Shown here: one piece after another, positions 9,673 to 19,585 of the stretch
Layout of the letters: every line of letters starts with the position of its first letter
Position numbering within the stretch: the stretch's first letter is position 1
Origin: an uncultured virus (IMG/VR IMGVR_UViG_3300042356_002208)
Taxonomy: Duplodnaviria; Heunggongvirae; Uroviricota; Caudoviricetes
Strand: one strand, 5' to 3'
DNA: 64,000 nt
IMG/VR virus record: IMGVR_UViG_3300042356_002208
Translations under genes and position numbers: made by a program
Notes under the pieces: generated by a model
What the model saw: only the letters and a program-made list of their open reading frames with translations
Databases searched by the model: none
Told to the model about the DNA's origin: nothing

Positions 9673-10371
9673 TCAATAGAATTTAATGGCGAATTTACCA
9701 TTCTTGAACACAATATAGCTGTTGTTCTCTATCCAATCTCCACAGTTCAAATATCGAATATCACCTATTTTAGAATCGCATGGTGTGTGGATGTGTCCAC
9801 ATATTACACCCTCGCATCCTCTTATCCTTGCCTGATAAGCTGCTTGTTTTTCGAAATTGGTAATGAATTTGATGGCATCCTTAACGTTCTTCTTAAGAAA
9901 TTTGCTTAGAGATTTTTTGTTACCGAATTTTTTCAGAATCCGATCTATCCAAATTGCAAACTCATAACCCCAAGATCCTAGCATGCCCAGCCATTTCATC
10001 TTCACAATTCCGTCAAATTGATCTCCGTGAACTATGTAGTAGTTGTTCCAGGTGTATTCGTCGACTATCTGAATGTTCTCAGAGAATGTTAGCGGGGTAT
10101 AACTTCGTAGAAATTCGTCATGATTTCCTGTCACATAAACCACTTTGGTTCCATTTTTACTATATGACAATATTTTACGAATAACGTTGGTGAAGTCTTG
10201 TGTCCAGTAATGTCTCTTCTTCAGCAACCAGCCATCGATAAAATCACCAACAATAAAGAGATATTCCGGATCGTGTTCTTTTAATATGGATAATAACTTT
10301 TCGGAATTGCTGCCCTTTGATCCAAGGTGAACATCCGATATAAATAAAGCTTCTACTTTTTTCATTGCCAA
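9673..10371 (-). CDS. Metallophosphoesterase, UDP-2,3-diacylglucosamine hydrolase (LpxH)-like
   Basis: SDVHLG, GDFID, GNHD, HGD, GHIH, NCGDW. Confidence 0.85.
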   Translation of the reverse strand: MAMKKVEALFISDVHLGSKGSNSEKLLSILKEHDPEYLFIVGDFIDGWLLKKRHYWTQDFTNVIRKILSYSKNGTKVVYVTGNHDEFLRSYTPLTFSENIQIVDEYTWNNYYIVHGDQFDGIVKMKWLGMLGSWGYEFAIWIDRILKKFGNKKSLSKFLKKNVKDAIKFITNFEKQAAYQARIRGCEGVICGHIHTPCDSKIGDIRYLNCGDWIENNSYIVFKNGKFAIKFY

Positions 10372-11075
10372 TAGTTTATGTTTTTACGAAAATGGTTCAG
10401 ATCGTTTCTATTCAGATAGTTGAGACAGAGCATTTTTAGAAATTTGAAATATCCCATATTTTTAAATCTGCGGTCATCCTGAGTGACTCTTCTGTTCATG
10501 ATTAGGAATTCAAATCCCCTATATTTTTTGCTTAGCAAGTAATCCTCGCTATTTGTTACTGTTTCATCAAATCCTCCCAGGTGAACAAATCTGTCCATGC
10601 TGGTCAAAAAGAACACGCCTGTGCAGAAAGGCTTAACCATTAGACAGGCTCTCATAAAATTGAATGCTCGAAAAATCACCTTAGATTTTATGGATGTTGA
10701 GGAGCTTACTGTTTTGCATGTTATGAGATGGTAGCTGGCTGTAAAGAAAGCAGCTTGGCTAATAATGTCGTGCTCTATCAATTCGGTATCAGCATCTATG
10801 AATAGTACATACGGGGTTTCTACCAGAGATGCTCCTCTATTTCTACCAACAGAAACCGGACCTCCCTCTATGATTTCTATGTTAAGCTTGTTTAGCTTCT
10901 TCTGACATTCCCCTATGATCTCTCTAGTTCGGTCCGTTGAATTGGCATCTGCTACAATTACTCTAATCCCATCAACCCCTAATTGGCCCGAGATGCTGCT
11001 TAGAGTTTTGCCTATGTACTTCTCCTCGTTTTTGCACGGAATAACTATGGTAATTAACTCGGATATTTTTTTCAT
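10362..11075 (-). CDS. Glycosyltransferase family 2
   Basis: IVIPCKNEE, DANSTDRT, GRNRGA, FIDAD, GGFDE..EDY. Confidence 0.9.
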   Translation of the reverse strand: MKKISELITIVIPCKNEEKYIGKTLSSISGQLGVDGIRVIVADANSTDRTREIIGECQKKLNKLNIEIIEGGPVSVGRNRGASLVETPYVLFIDADTELIEHDIISQAAFFTASYHLITCKTVSSSTSIKSKVIFRAFNFMRACLMVKPFCTGVFFLTSMDRFVHLGGFDETVTNSEDYLLSKKYRGFEFLIMNRRVTQDDRRFKNMGYFKFLKMLCLNYLNRNDLNHFRKNINYWQ

Positions 11076-11103
11076 TCTCTGAAATTATTTGTTTTGACTG
11101 GGA

Positions 11104-11850
11104 TCACAGCATAAATTTAATCCCCTTGTAGGCAAGCATTGCCTTGATTCCTTTAAGCTCATCTCCACTAACCCAAGAGAATTCGGGACGATATAGGAGC
11201 ATCTTGTCTTCGCCACCAAGTTCCGGCCAAACAGCTTCAACAGCTCCTATGTAAGATTCGCCTTTGTTCATCATATCATAGATGCTTAAGAATGCGTCCT
11301 CAGAAACTGGATTCTTACCAGAATAGAGTGTGTCTCCAATTCTCTCTGGAACACCCTCCAGTGAGGTGAGTTGATTTCGTCTGCACCAGAAGTCTTCACC
11401 AACTCTTCTAGGTGCTCCAATTAGGTTTTCTAGATTGTTCTCCTCGCAGCCGAAAGTTCCAGCTATCTCCTGTGGTGCTCCTACCAGTGAAGTGAGCTGA
11501 TTTCTTCCGCAGTCAAAATCGGTGCCCACTTTCTGTGGTGCTCCCTCTAGTGAAGTGATCTGATTATCCCTGCAATCAAATTCACCACCAACTTCACGGG
11601 GTGCTCCTTCTAACGAAGTGAGTCTATTCGTTCTGCATAGGAAATCTCCTGTGACCTCACCGAATCGTATCCCTTTAAAATCTGGCAGATCCATACGAGA
11701 GCAGCCAAAATTTCCATCCACGTCAACCTCTCCAGTCTCTGGATTAAATTGCCAATTTCCCTCCGGTGCACACATGTTCATAAAGTTCATCTGTTCCGGT
11801 GTAAGCTCACCCACACTCTCAAACATCTTATAGGTCTTTAGATTCTTCAT
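11104..11850 (-). CDS. LRR protein, 5 x 21-aa repeats
   Basis: FxCxxNxLTSLEGAPxxV repeats with family N- and C-caps. Confidence 0.9.
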   Translation of the reverse strand: MKNLKTYKMFESVGELTPEQMNFMNMCAPEGNWQFNPETGEVDVDGNFGCSRMDLPDFKGIRFGEVTGDFLCRTNRLTSLEGAPREVGGEFDCRDNQITSLEGAPQKVGTDFDCGRNQLTSLVGAPQEIAGTFGCEENNLENLIGAPRRVGEDFWCRRNQLTSLEGVPERIGDTLYSGKNPVSEDAFLSIYDMMNKGESYIGAVEAVWPELGGEDKMLLYRPEFSWVSGDELKGIKAMLAYKGIKFML

Positions 11851-12594
11851 TTATATCATACCTTTAAATCCATGGTAAGCCTTTAACGCTTCCAGCTTTC
11901 TTCTCTCCTCTGGACTTACCCACTCAAACTCAGGTCTGTATAGCAGCACCTGATCTTCTAACGGAATCTTGCTCCAGAGAGACTCTACAGCCTTGATATA
12001 ACTCTCTCCTTCCGTCATGCGGTAGAATATGTTATCGAGTGTCTCTTCAGAAACTGGGTTGTCCCCACAATAGAAATCCCCTTCAACATCCTGTGGTGCT
12101 CCCACTAGAGAAGTGAGCTGGTTGTTGTCACATCTGAAATTCCTTCCAACCCGTTGTGGTGCTCCCTCCAGTGTGGTGAGCTGATTGTTATGGCAATAGA
12201 AATCACTACCAACCTCATGAGGTGCTCCCACCAGTGAGGTGAGCTGGTTTCCTCTACAACCGAAAATATCTCCAACCTTCCGCGGTGCTCCCTCCAGTGT
12301 GGTGAGCTGATTGTTGTCGCAATCGAAATTTCCACCAACCTCATGAGGTGCTCCCTCCAGTGTGGTGAGCTGATTGTTATGGCAATTGAAATCTCCTTCG
12401 ACCACCCCAAACCTAACTCCTTTGAAATCTGTCAGGTTCTCTCCAGTACAATAGAAATCCCTCTTCACATCAACCAGTCCTGTTTGTGGATTGAGTGTCC
12501 AGGTACCATCAGTGCACTCATCAAGCCACTCGATCTGCTCCGGTGTAAGCTCACCCACACTCTCAAACATCTTATAGGTCTTTAGATTCTTCAT
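11851..12594 (-). CDS. LRR protein, 5 x 21-aa repeats
   Basis: Start moved to MKNLKTY (12594) by analogy with paralogues; GATATATA upstream. Confidence 0.9.
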   Translation of the reverse strand: MKNLKTYKMFESVGELTPEQIEWLDECTDGTWTLNPQTGLVDVKRDFYCTGENLTDFKGVRFGVVEGDFNCHNNQLTTLEGAPHEVGGNFDCDNNQLTTLEGAPRKVGDIFGCRGNQLTSLVGAPHEVGSDFYCHNNQLTTLEGAPQRVGRNFRCDNNQLTSLVGAPQDVEGDFYCGDNPVSEETLDNIFYRMTEGESYIKAVESLWSKIPLEDQVLLYRPEFEWVSPEERRKLEALKAYHGFKGMI

Positions 12595-12629
12595 AGGCAT
12601 ATCCTCGTCTATATATCCCGCCATCATCC

Positions 12630-12865
12630 CCGTACTCTCCGTCCTTTCGCGTGCGTGAAAACGCGGTTTGGGTCCCCCATAGAAAGGACCTGCATCCCCC
12701 GGGTCTAAAACTGGGGGTTCCAGATTTGGCCGGGGGCCAAAATTTGGGGTGGGTGCTCCAGGAGGGCCGGCCTCCAGGGATATGTCTATGTTATATGAGT
12801 CTAAAAGTGAGTAGCAAAACGGTCTAAATATGCAAAGTGAAACCGTCTAAATATGCAAAGTGGGT
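12630..12865. other. GC-rich non-coding block upstream of the left LRR pair
   Basis: G/C runs; GTCTAAATATGCAAAGTG at 12822 and 12845; partial inverted similarity to 46405-46490. Confidence 0.55.
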
Positions 12866-12870
12866 ATAGT

Positions 12871-13263
12871 CTAGTATTTAGAATCCCCAGTTCCTCTATG
12901 TATTAGAGAGATTGCAGATGAAGGTATTTTATCAAAGGTAACTATGTGTTTGGAGTAGTCTTGAACTTGGAAATTAGGATCCACGTACCACTTATTACTA
13001 ATTTTATCCGTGTCTATCTCATAAACATCGTCATCATAAGAGGAATCGTACCAATCTTCCTCGTTATCACTATCAGTTGCAAATATAGCTTCTCCCTCAA
13101 TTGGAGTATTGGTTAACCACTGTTCCCCTCTTTTAGGAAGTAACCCGATTCTTTCTATCTGGTCTCTGTATACTGGTGCAGACAAGTGATACACAAATCT
13201 ACCTGGAGTAATCTCCTCTAGGTTTGTGTTTGCGCTCTCATTAAATCTTCTAAGATGTTTCAT
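12871..13263 (-). CDS. ADP-ribosyltransferase-fold-like protein with N-terminal tag
   Basis: VYHLS..I...GLLP..IFAT..YEID..IPSSAI pattern; MKHLRRFNE. Confidence 0.5.
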   Translation of the reverse strand: MKHLRRFNESANTNLEEITPGRFVYHLSAPVYRDQIERIGLLPKRGEQWLTNTPIEGEAIFATDSDNEEDWYDSSYDDDVYEIDTDKISNKWYVDPNFQVQDYSKHIVTFDKIPSSAISLIHRGTGDSKY

Positions 13264-13417
13264 AAACTATATATTGTTATGGTAGAAGAGTTAGTAGACA
13301 GAGAGCAGCAAATGTACCTATAACCAAACCTATCAAAAGCATAGCTAAGGTGTAGTCAGATGTATCCATCACTTTTCTGTCTATAGTTCTCCAGAGTTTA
13401 CGTAGCATAGAGGTGTA

Positions 13418-13642
13418 TTATAAAACCCACTCCTGATCGTGGATAGCCTTAGAGAGTGGTGATTTACGAATGTCATGAGGTCCGAGATTCCATGTGGTCC
13501 AGACCCCAGTCTCTTTGAAGTAGACCTTGGCCATCAGGAAGCCAAGCTCAGATATGTAAAGAGCCTGTAGCTCTCCGTCTCCATGCGGGGTGCTCACAGG
13601 CACTGAGGTGCATTGGGTAGTGGTGTGTCTGTGATCTCCCAT
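13418..13642 (-). CDS. Hypothetical protein
   Basis: ORF track; adjacent to upstream ORF. Confidence 0.55.
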   Translation of the reverse strand: MGDHRHTTTQCTSVPVSTPHGDGELQALYISELGFLMAKVYFKETGVWTTWNLGPHDIRKSPLSKAIHDQEWVL

Positions 13643-13644
13643 GC

Positions 13645-13848
13645 CTATTTGGTTACTTCTTTAACCACAGTCACTTCTTTACCGTGATACGCATCATGCT
13701 GTCTCTTAAGATCTCCATAGGCATCACAGTGTGTCTTGGAAGACTTACAAGAAGACATTAACATGATGCTGACATAAGCGATCAAAGCAAAAAGCAAAGT
13801 CACCATGAAAGAGAAAGGATTACCTGGATTTGAATTTGAATCTGTCAT
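13645..13848 (-). CDS. Small membrane protein or lipoprotein
   Basis: Hydrophobic helix then MSSC lipobox-like, CDAYG. Confidence 0.6.
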   Translation of the reverse strand: MTDSNSNPGNPFSFMVTLLFALIAYVSIMLMSSCKSSKTHCDAYGDLKRQHDAYHGKEVTVVKEVTK

Positions 13849-13899
13849 AGCTTATCTATTTTATCTTATGTATCACGAGAGACGGAACATAATCCGATC

Positions 13900-14106
13900 C
13901 TACTCATCCACTCCCTTAGACTCATCATAGGGATCCACTGTTATCTCCATTAGCCGAGCATACAGAAGATTGCCCCAGGCCCCTAGTTGCCAACCTGCGA
14001 TGCCATACATGATCATCTGAGGCAGTGTGTCTACCAGGATGATGAGCATGATTAACATCAACATGAAGGTGAAGAATCTATGAAATCTAATACGGGACTT
14101 TGTCAT
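13900..14106 (-). CDS. Small membrane protein
   Basis: Two hydrophobic segments. Confidence 0.55.
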   Translation of the reverse strand: MTKSRIRFHRFFTFMLMLIMLIILVDTLPQMIMYGIAGWQLGAWGNLLYARLMEITVDPYDESKGVDE

Positions 14107-14156
14107 GAACAGGGTTTAACCTTTATACACTCAAACGACGAAAAGTTTCTGAGATT

Positions 14157-15710
14157 CTATAGCTCCTCTTTCAGCTTAGCTAGCACTTCGTCTTTGTTTT
14201 TAATGGTTTCTCTAATGGCATCTTGATTGATGTCACTACTTTTATTAGATATGAGTCCTTCATCATAAAGCTCTAAAAGGTACACCATATTGTTAAAGTT
14301 TCTCTCGCTCATCTCGATAATGGCTTTAGCATCCTCTCTTGTGTAGGCGTCACCAGCCAGAGCTTTAAAGACCACGAGACCATTCTCGGTTACAATACCG
14401 CTTTCTTTGAAACGCTGTATTATAGTGCTTACCTTTATATCTGAATCTTCCTTGATTATATCCGAAGAGATCTGAAGTGCTTTTCCCCAGATGTCATCAG
14501 ACACTCTTCCAGCGATCAATCCCTTTCTTAATTGGATAAGGTTCTTAATCATCTCCAGTGCATTGGCTGTACCTAAAGAATCTAGAATCTTCTTGGTTGC
14601 TATCTCTATGGGAATACCTTTTACTAGATCATCCACCATGTCCTGAGGATAACCTAGACCTTTAAAATGAACTCCTGGTTCTGTACCTTTTTTGATGCTT
14701 CTGTCGTTGATGTCGTGAGAGTCAGTAACTCTACCGTCATTGCTGATTGTTGTGCCTGTTAGGAAATATGGATCTGTGGGATCTTTGGTGTAATCGAAGA
14801 TGTTGACCTGGATTCCCTTTCCTCGGCTTCCTTCTCCTGCATAGTTGTTAAAGGATCCACGGTTAATGCACCAGTTAGCTATGGAGCAAAGAGCTCTTTG
14901 AGCCTTATCTGTTCTAACCGTAATAGCTAGATACTTGTCATCAAAGTAGAGTACACCAGCACCTGGTTCTAGCTCTGCTATCTCGTCCATTTTCTTCTTC
15001 ATCTCAAGATTACTGTATCCAGAGAGGTAGTTGTTGGTGTAATCCATCACCTGATCTATAGTCCAAGAATCCATGGCTTTAATCTTGGAAAGCAATCTCT
15101 CGGTGACCTCCTTTCCGAGATCCTCTAGAGCATAAGCTGCATTGATCACCCTGTTCTTGTCCTCGGGGGACATGCTTCTGAAGCCATCTCTTGATTTCTT
15201 AGGTAGTCTATCCGTAAACCATTTAGCACCATCGGCTCTCTCTATGGTTCTGATAGCATCAGTTAGAGCCTCAAATCCACTAACCCCGTTTATCTCATCG
15301 GATGCAGCATACTGATCGATATTCATAGGTATTCTGGACACCACGTGTTTCTTGGTGATCATCAGATTGAATAGAGAGGCGAGATCTCTAATCTCTCCAT
15401 CCCCATCTGCTCTACCCGGAAGATTAATAGGCACACCCTGCTCAAAGTGAAACTTGACAAATGCAGATGCGTATCCGTGCTTGTCCCCAATGAGCTTCAG
15501 TATCTCCTTGTAGCCTCTATTATCTAAAGCCTGCTCTCTTTCTTCCGGAGTTAGATCCTTGGGATCTATTTTCTTTTTCTTTGCGTACTCCCTCTGCATG
15601 AATGACTTTGCAGCTGCTATGTTCTCGCTTAGAGAACCGAACATATTCAGATAAGATCTAATCTCTGGAGATCTTCCCTCGAATGCTTCAAATAGTTTTA
15701 TCCTTTCCAT
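14157..15710 (-). CDS. Large hypothetical protein with N-terminal tag
   Basis: MERIKLFEAFE; ..ANWCI.. motif; AATATATA upstream. Confidence 0.75.
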   Translation of the reverse strand: MERIKLFEAFEGRSPEIRSYLNMFGSLSENIAAAKSFMQREYAKKKKIDPKDLTPEEREQALDNRGYKEILKLIGDKHGYASAFVKFHFEQGVPINLPGRADGDGEIRDLASLFNLMITKKHVVSRIPMNIDQYAASDEINGVSGFEALTDAIRTIERADGAKWFTDRLPKKSRDGFRSMSPEDKNRVINAAYALEDLGKEVTERLLSKIKAMDSWTIDQVMDYTNNYLSGYSNLEMKKKMDEIAELEPGAGVLYFDDKYLAITVRTDKAQRALCSIANWCINRGSFNNYAGEGSRGKGIQVNIFDYTKDPTDPYFLTGTTISNDGRVTDSHDINDRSIKKGTEPGVHFKGLGYPQDMVDDLVKGIPIEIATKKILDSLGTANALEMIKNLIQLRKGLIAGRVSDDIWGKALQISSDIIKEDSDIKVSTIIQRFKESGIVTENGLVVFKALAGDAYTREDAKAIIEMSERNFNNMVYLLELYDEGLISNKSSDINQDAIRETIKNKDEVLAKLKEEL

Positions 15711-15734
15711 GAATGTATATATTTTCTTTCTTCT

Positions 15735-16364
15735 CTAGTTCAGCATTTTGGTCAAATACATGTAGATGTACTTACGGTATTTTCTGATTGTCTTTTCGTC
15801 ACAGTTTCTTCTAATAGAATCCCAGACCATCTTATACTGTGGACCTCTTGGCGAGAATGGAGTTACCCTATCCAATTCTTTCATGGCCTCCTCTGGATTG
15901 CTTTGTGTTTTAGCTAGATCATTGGCGATAGTGAACGAGAATGCCATGATCTCCTCCTTGTTGGAGAAGTAAGCTTTTTTATCTAAAGGATCTGGAAGAG
16001 CAAATTCTATACCTCCTCTTCTTCTTAATTGCTCCGAGTGTACCATCTCATGACCGATGATATCTAGCATGATCTCTTTGAAGTTGGGAATGATCCTTGT
16101 AGCATTCGGATCAGCAAGAACAAACATAGGGATTTTTCTGATGGGATGGAAGAGAGCAAAGAAAGGCGTGCCTCTTCTTGGTGGTGCAGTTCTCTTATCT
16201 GCTTCTCCTAGAGAGTTATAGAACTCGTCATAGTCAACAACTTCAAATCCATTTCTCCGACCGAACTCTACCGCTGATTCAAAAGAATTCACAGGAGCAT
16301 CATCTTCTATCTTGGATGGCATGATAACTGCTTCAAACAATCCAAATCCTTTTATGTGTTTCAT
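15735..16364 (-). CDS. Putative zincin-like metallopeptidase with N-terminal tag
   Basis: HEMVH..Q and downstream EIMAF; MKHIKGFGLFE. Confidence 0.55.
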   Translation of the reverse strand: MKHIKGFGLFEAVIMPSKIEDDAPVNSFESAVEFGRRNGFEVVDYDEFYNSLGEADKRTAPPRRGTPFFALFHPIRKIPMFVLADPNATRIIPNFKEIMLDIIGHEMVHSEQLRRRGGIEFALPDPLDKKAYFSNKEEIMAFSFTIANDLAKTQSNPEEAMKELDRVTPFSPRGPQYKMVWDSIRRNCDEKTIRKYRKYIYMYLTKMLN

Positions 16365-16429
16365 GTGCTATATATCGGTTGACTGGATGGAGCTTGTTGT
16401 CATGGAAGCTCATTTAATAGAACTCGGTC

Positions 16430-16760
16430 CTCAGCGTTTTGCACGGGCTGCTTCTCCCTGTATACGAGGCCCCCTCAAATGGACCCTGCTGAGGGACCCC
16501 TAATTAGACTCTTTCTGGGGACCCCTAAATAAGGGACCCTTCCCCTTAGCCTTCCCCACCCCCTAAAAAGGCCCTGTATACGAGGGGGCCTAGTACCCTA
16601 TAGAGAGGACCCTAATTTTACCCCCCTCCACCATATGGGCAAGGGGGCCTTTTTTTAGAGAAAGCAGAAAGCATAGCTTTTCGCAGAACTATAAGAGTTT
16701 CACCGCGGGTACATCTAAGAAGACAAGAAGCAAGCTTAAAGTTTTTATGCTTGCTTATGA
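16430..16760. repeat. GC-rich non-coding block with GGACCC iterations
   Basis: GGACCC at 16481, 16494, 16519, 16534, 16607; CCCTGTATACGAGG at 16456 and 16572. Confidence 0.6.
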
Positions 16761-17029
16761 GTAACACCCCGGGATGTGAAAGAAGAAGATTTCCTGGATT
16801 CCCATAGCTATCTTCTTTTTCACCGTGGATGAATTGGCCGGGGTGAATCTCATGAGCTCTCCTGGTCCTATCTGGATCCCATCTGGGGTCCTTTTGGGAC
16901 CCTTGGATGCCTCCCTCAATTCACCTCGGCCAGCGGTGTTGAATCTATTCTTCCCATAGGAAAACCTGGTCCACAAAAAAAACCGGGCACTACCCCGGTT
17001 CTTCGCCTGCTTGGGATCTGACTCCAAAC

Positions 17030-17128
17030 TTATCCTCTCTGAGTTGCCCAAGAATCGTTATCCCATTCCTGAGCCTGAATGTTTGCAGATTTAATTGATT
17101 TCTTTCCCTTTTTTGTTTGCTTTGACAT
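17030..17128 (-). CDS. Small early protein (32 aa)
   Basis: MSKQTKKGKKSIKSANIQAQEWDNDSWATQRG, between an early promoter and a terminator. Confidence 0.55.
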   Translation of the reverse strand: MSKQTKKGKKSIKSANIQAQEWDNDSWATQRG

Positions 17129-17238
17129 AATGATTTGTTTAATTGGTTATAAGTAAATATAAGTATTCATGTCCAGGAAAAAAAATAAAGGACTAGATTT
17201 TTTCTAGCCCTCGGTGTAATGCATGTGCTGCAATGTGA

Positions 17239-17520
17239 TTATCTTGATTTAGCTTTCGGAGCAAAATCTGTTATTACTGATTGTAAATCTTCAATCAGCT
17301 CTTTTAGTGTCTTAGGTCTAGAACTGTATTTGTTGGCTCCAAAGTTTGGCCTAACAATCTCCTGTACAAGAGCTCTTTCAACTTCTGCCTTAAAATCATC
17401 TATCACCACTTTCTCCTCGGGTGTTAGCGGAAAGTGTGGTGCAGGTACTTTTCTTCCATCAGGTCTAGGCATAATCGATTCATTAGAGAAATCATCAAAT
17501 TCAAGAATGTTCGCGTTCAT
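17239..17520 (-). CDS. Hypothetical protein with tag-like N-terminus
   Basis: NILEFDDFSNE; GATATATATA upstream. Confidence 0.65.
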   Translation of the reverse strand: MNANILEFDDFSNESIMPRPDGRKVPAPHFPLTPEEKVVIDDFKAEVERALVQEIVRPNFGANKYSSRPKTLKELIEDLQSVITDFAPKAKSR

Positions 17521-17616
17521 GTGAGTTTTTTATTTTTTTATATATATCATTTTAAATGGGAAACACCTCGGACAAAAAAAGCTCCATAAGGAGCTTTCTC
17601 TTACTAAACCATATCT

Positions 17617-17787
17617 CTACTTATTAGTGATCTTAAAGTTCAGTACAGCTAATGTAAACCGGCGGTTTGACCAGTCAGTGTCTAGTTGGAATAGTACCAA
17701 CGGGCCAACTCTGAGGTAAATGTGAAGTTTGTCCCATTGCAAACCTCTGCCCCATGAGTTTCTGAGTTTTAATCCTTTCTTTCTCAT
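17617..17787 (-). CDS. Small hypothetical protein
   Basis: Probable start MRKKGLK; followed by terminator. Confidence 0.45.
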   Translation of the reverse strand: MRKKGLKLRNSWGRGLQWDKLHIYLRVGPLVLFQLDTDWSNRRFTLAVLNFKITNK

Positions 17788-17951
17788 AGCTTCTCTTTTT
17801 ATTGTATATAACTCTACAAGATTCAACATCCTTTCACCGTTGACCGAGGTGAATGTGCAGATCTGATCGGATGCTGCATATCCACACACCACAAAAAAGT
17901 CCCAGATTGCTCCGGGACTTCTTACTCACTTAACCAACCTAACCTAATTTT

Positions 17952-18128
17952 TTATGCGGATTCTTCTATAGTGAGTTTAAGTATGCCTATGGCAATCACC
18001 GTGAGAAATCCAAAAAAGACTCCTTGAAACAGATGACCGGTTAGGATTGCTCCAAAGAAACCTGCTGCTGATACTAACATGCAAAGTGTTGCAATAACTA
18101 GATTGATTCTGAAAGCTAATGTTTTCAT
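17952..18128 (-). CDS. Small two-helix membrane protein
   Basis: Start reassigned to MKTLAF just after the early leader. Confidence 0.7.
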   Translation of the reverse strand: MKTLAFRINLVIATLCMLVSAAGFFGAILTGHLFQGVFFGFLTVIAIGILKLTIEESA

Positions 18129-18228
18129 GGTTTTTTGTTTTAATTGGTTATGAAGTAAATATAATCCATCTAGCCCGGGAAAAAAAATTAACCCGTGATT
18201 ATTTTCGGCCGGGGTAAATATATAGAGC

Positions 18229-18492
18229 ATGATTCTAACTTATTCAGATTTTCTAAAAGAAAAAGCCAATCCTTGTTGGAAAGGATACAAGCAGATTGGT
18301 ACTAAGAAAAAGAATGGACGTATAGTTCCTAATTGCGTAAGAGAGAGTGAGAACACCGAGGGCTTTGATCGTACAGATTATTACCTAGATTATTACAGAA
18401 ATCTATCTCCAACTGGATTTGGTGTTGACCGATTTGGAGATTCAATCATCATCAGAGTTCCTGATTCTGCAACATCGAATCCTATGCTATAA
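18229..18492 (+). CDS. Hypothetical protein with PCWKGY..VPNCV motif and N-terminal tag
   Basis: MILTYSDFLKE; AATATATA upstream. Confidence 0.7.
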   Translation: MILTYSDFLKEKANPCWKGYKQIGTKKKNGRIVPNCVRESENTEGFDRTDYYLDYYRNLSPTGFGVDRFGDSIIIRVPDSATSNPML

Positions 18493-18531
18493 CTGGTAAC
18501 ACCGTTGCCGACGGTGAATCCAGCTGTAACA

Positions 18532-18570
18532 TCTGAAAACCTCTGAAAACCTCTGAAAACCTCTGAAAAC
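18532..18570 (+). repeat. Tandem 10-mer CTCTGAAAAC, about 4 copies
   Basis: Read directly. Confidence 0.9.
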
Positions 18571-18646
18571 CTATGGGAAACCTATGGACACAAAAAAGCC
18601 TGGTGTGGACCAGGCTCTCAGATTGATTCAAGAAAATGTTTTTGCT

Positions 18647-18790
18647 TTAGAATTCTCTAGATGCAGTACCGTGGTAGTTGCCTGTCACAACCTGAACGAT
18701 TGCAAATACGATTGCTACTACTAAAGTTAAAGCTAATGCTGCTGACCAAACTTGCAAAGTAACTGTTGCGATTTTTCCTGCTGTTTTCAT
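18647..18790 (-). CDS. Small membrane protein (47 aa)
   Basis: Manual: MKTAGKIATVTLQVWSAALALTLVVAIVFAIVQVVTGNYHGTASREF; own promoter and terminator. Confidence 0.7.
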   Translation of the reverse strand: MKTAGKIATVTLQVWSAALALTLVVAIVFAIVQVVTGNYHGTASREF

Positions 18791-18970
18791 TTTGTTTTGT
18801 TTTAATTGGTTATGATATAAAAGTAAGGGATCTTAACCGGGAAAAAAAATTAACCCGGGATAAAATTGAAAAAAGTTTACCAACGGTGTTCTGCATGGAC
18901 ATCCAAGCTTTTCCCACAAAAAAATCTGGGACGTATGCTGACCCAGATTTACCAATTTAAAAAACCAAAC

Positions 18971-19387
18971 CTAAAACAAAACCAGAATTGAAGTGTACAC
19001 ATCGCCTCTGAAGTGAACCATGAAGATATCAACCAACATGATTGCAGAAGCTAAAGCATCTATCTTTAGCCAGAGCATCTTGACCACACCGTCGGGGTGA
19101 CCTATTCTTTTAAGCCCATTAGAAATTATTGAAGTAACGATTCCGATTGCAAAGAGTATAACGAAAGAAATCCATTGATCGCTAAGGGCAACACCGAGGA
19201 CACCCCAGAAGAAGTATGGTAGTATAATGAATAGATAAAGACAACCTGCAGATCTATCCTCCTCGGAATTAAACTTTGACTTATCAGCAACTGACTTTTT
19301 AAACTCGTATAAGCTTCGAGTGTTGATTATCCCATACACCTCGTATAGAAGGAAGAGGATTGTGAGTAAGAAGAATACCGTTGTCAT
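18971..19387 (-). CDS. Multi-pass membrane protein
   Basis: About 4 hydrophobic helices. Confidence 0.7.
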   Translation of the reverse strand: MTTVFFLLTILFLLYEVYGIINTRSLYEFKKSVADKSKFNSEEDRSAGCLYLFIILPYFFWGVLGVALSDQWISFVILFAIGIVTSIISNGLKRIGHPDGVVKMLWLKIDALASAIMLVDIFMVHFRGDVYTSILVLF

Positions 19388-19585
19388 TTAATTCTTTTTA
19401 TGTATAAGTATAATTCAAAAGTAACATCCTATTACGGGGAAAATCCGATTCAGGGGAAAATAAGTTCCCTCCAGCTCTCCGCCCATCCACCGTTGGCAAC
19501 GGTGTTACCAGCTGCTGCGAATTCAGCGCACACAAAAAATCCTCAGCGGGGAAACTGAGGATTTAGATTATTCAGAGACCAGATC

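Noticed and set aside
16755..17051. 98-aa minus-strand ORF and 16312..16503 plus-strand ORF
   Set aside because: Cross a terminator or the GC-rich repeat block, have non-ATG starts and lack leader signals
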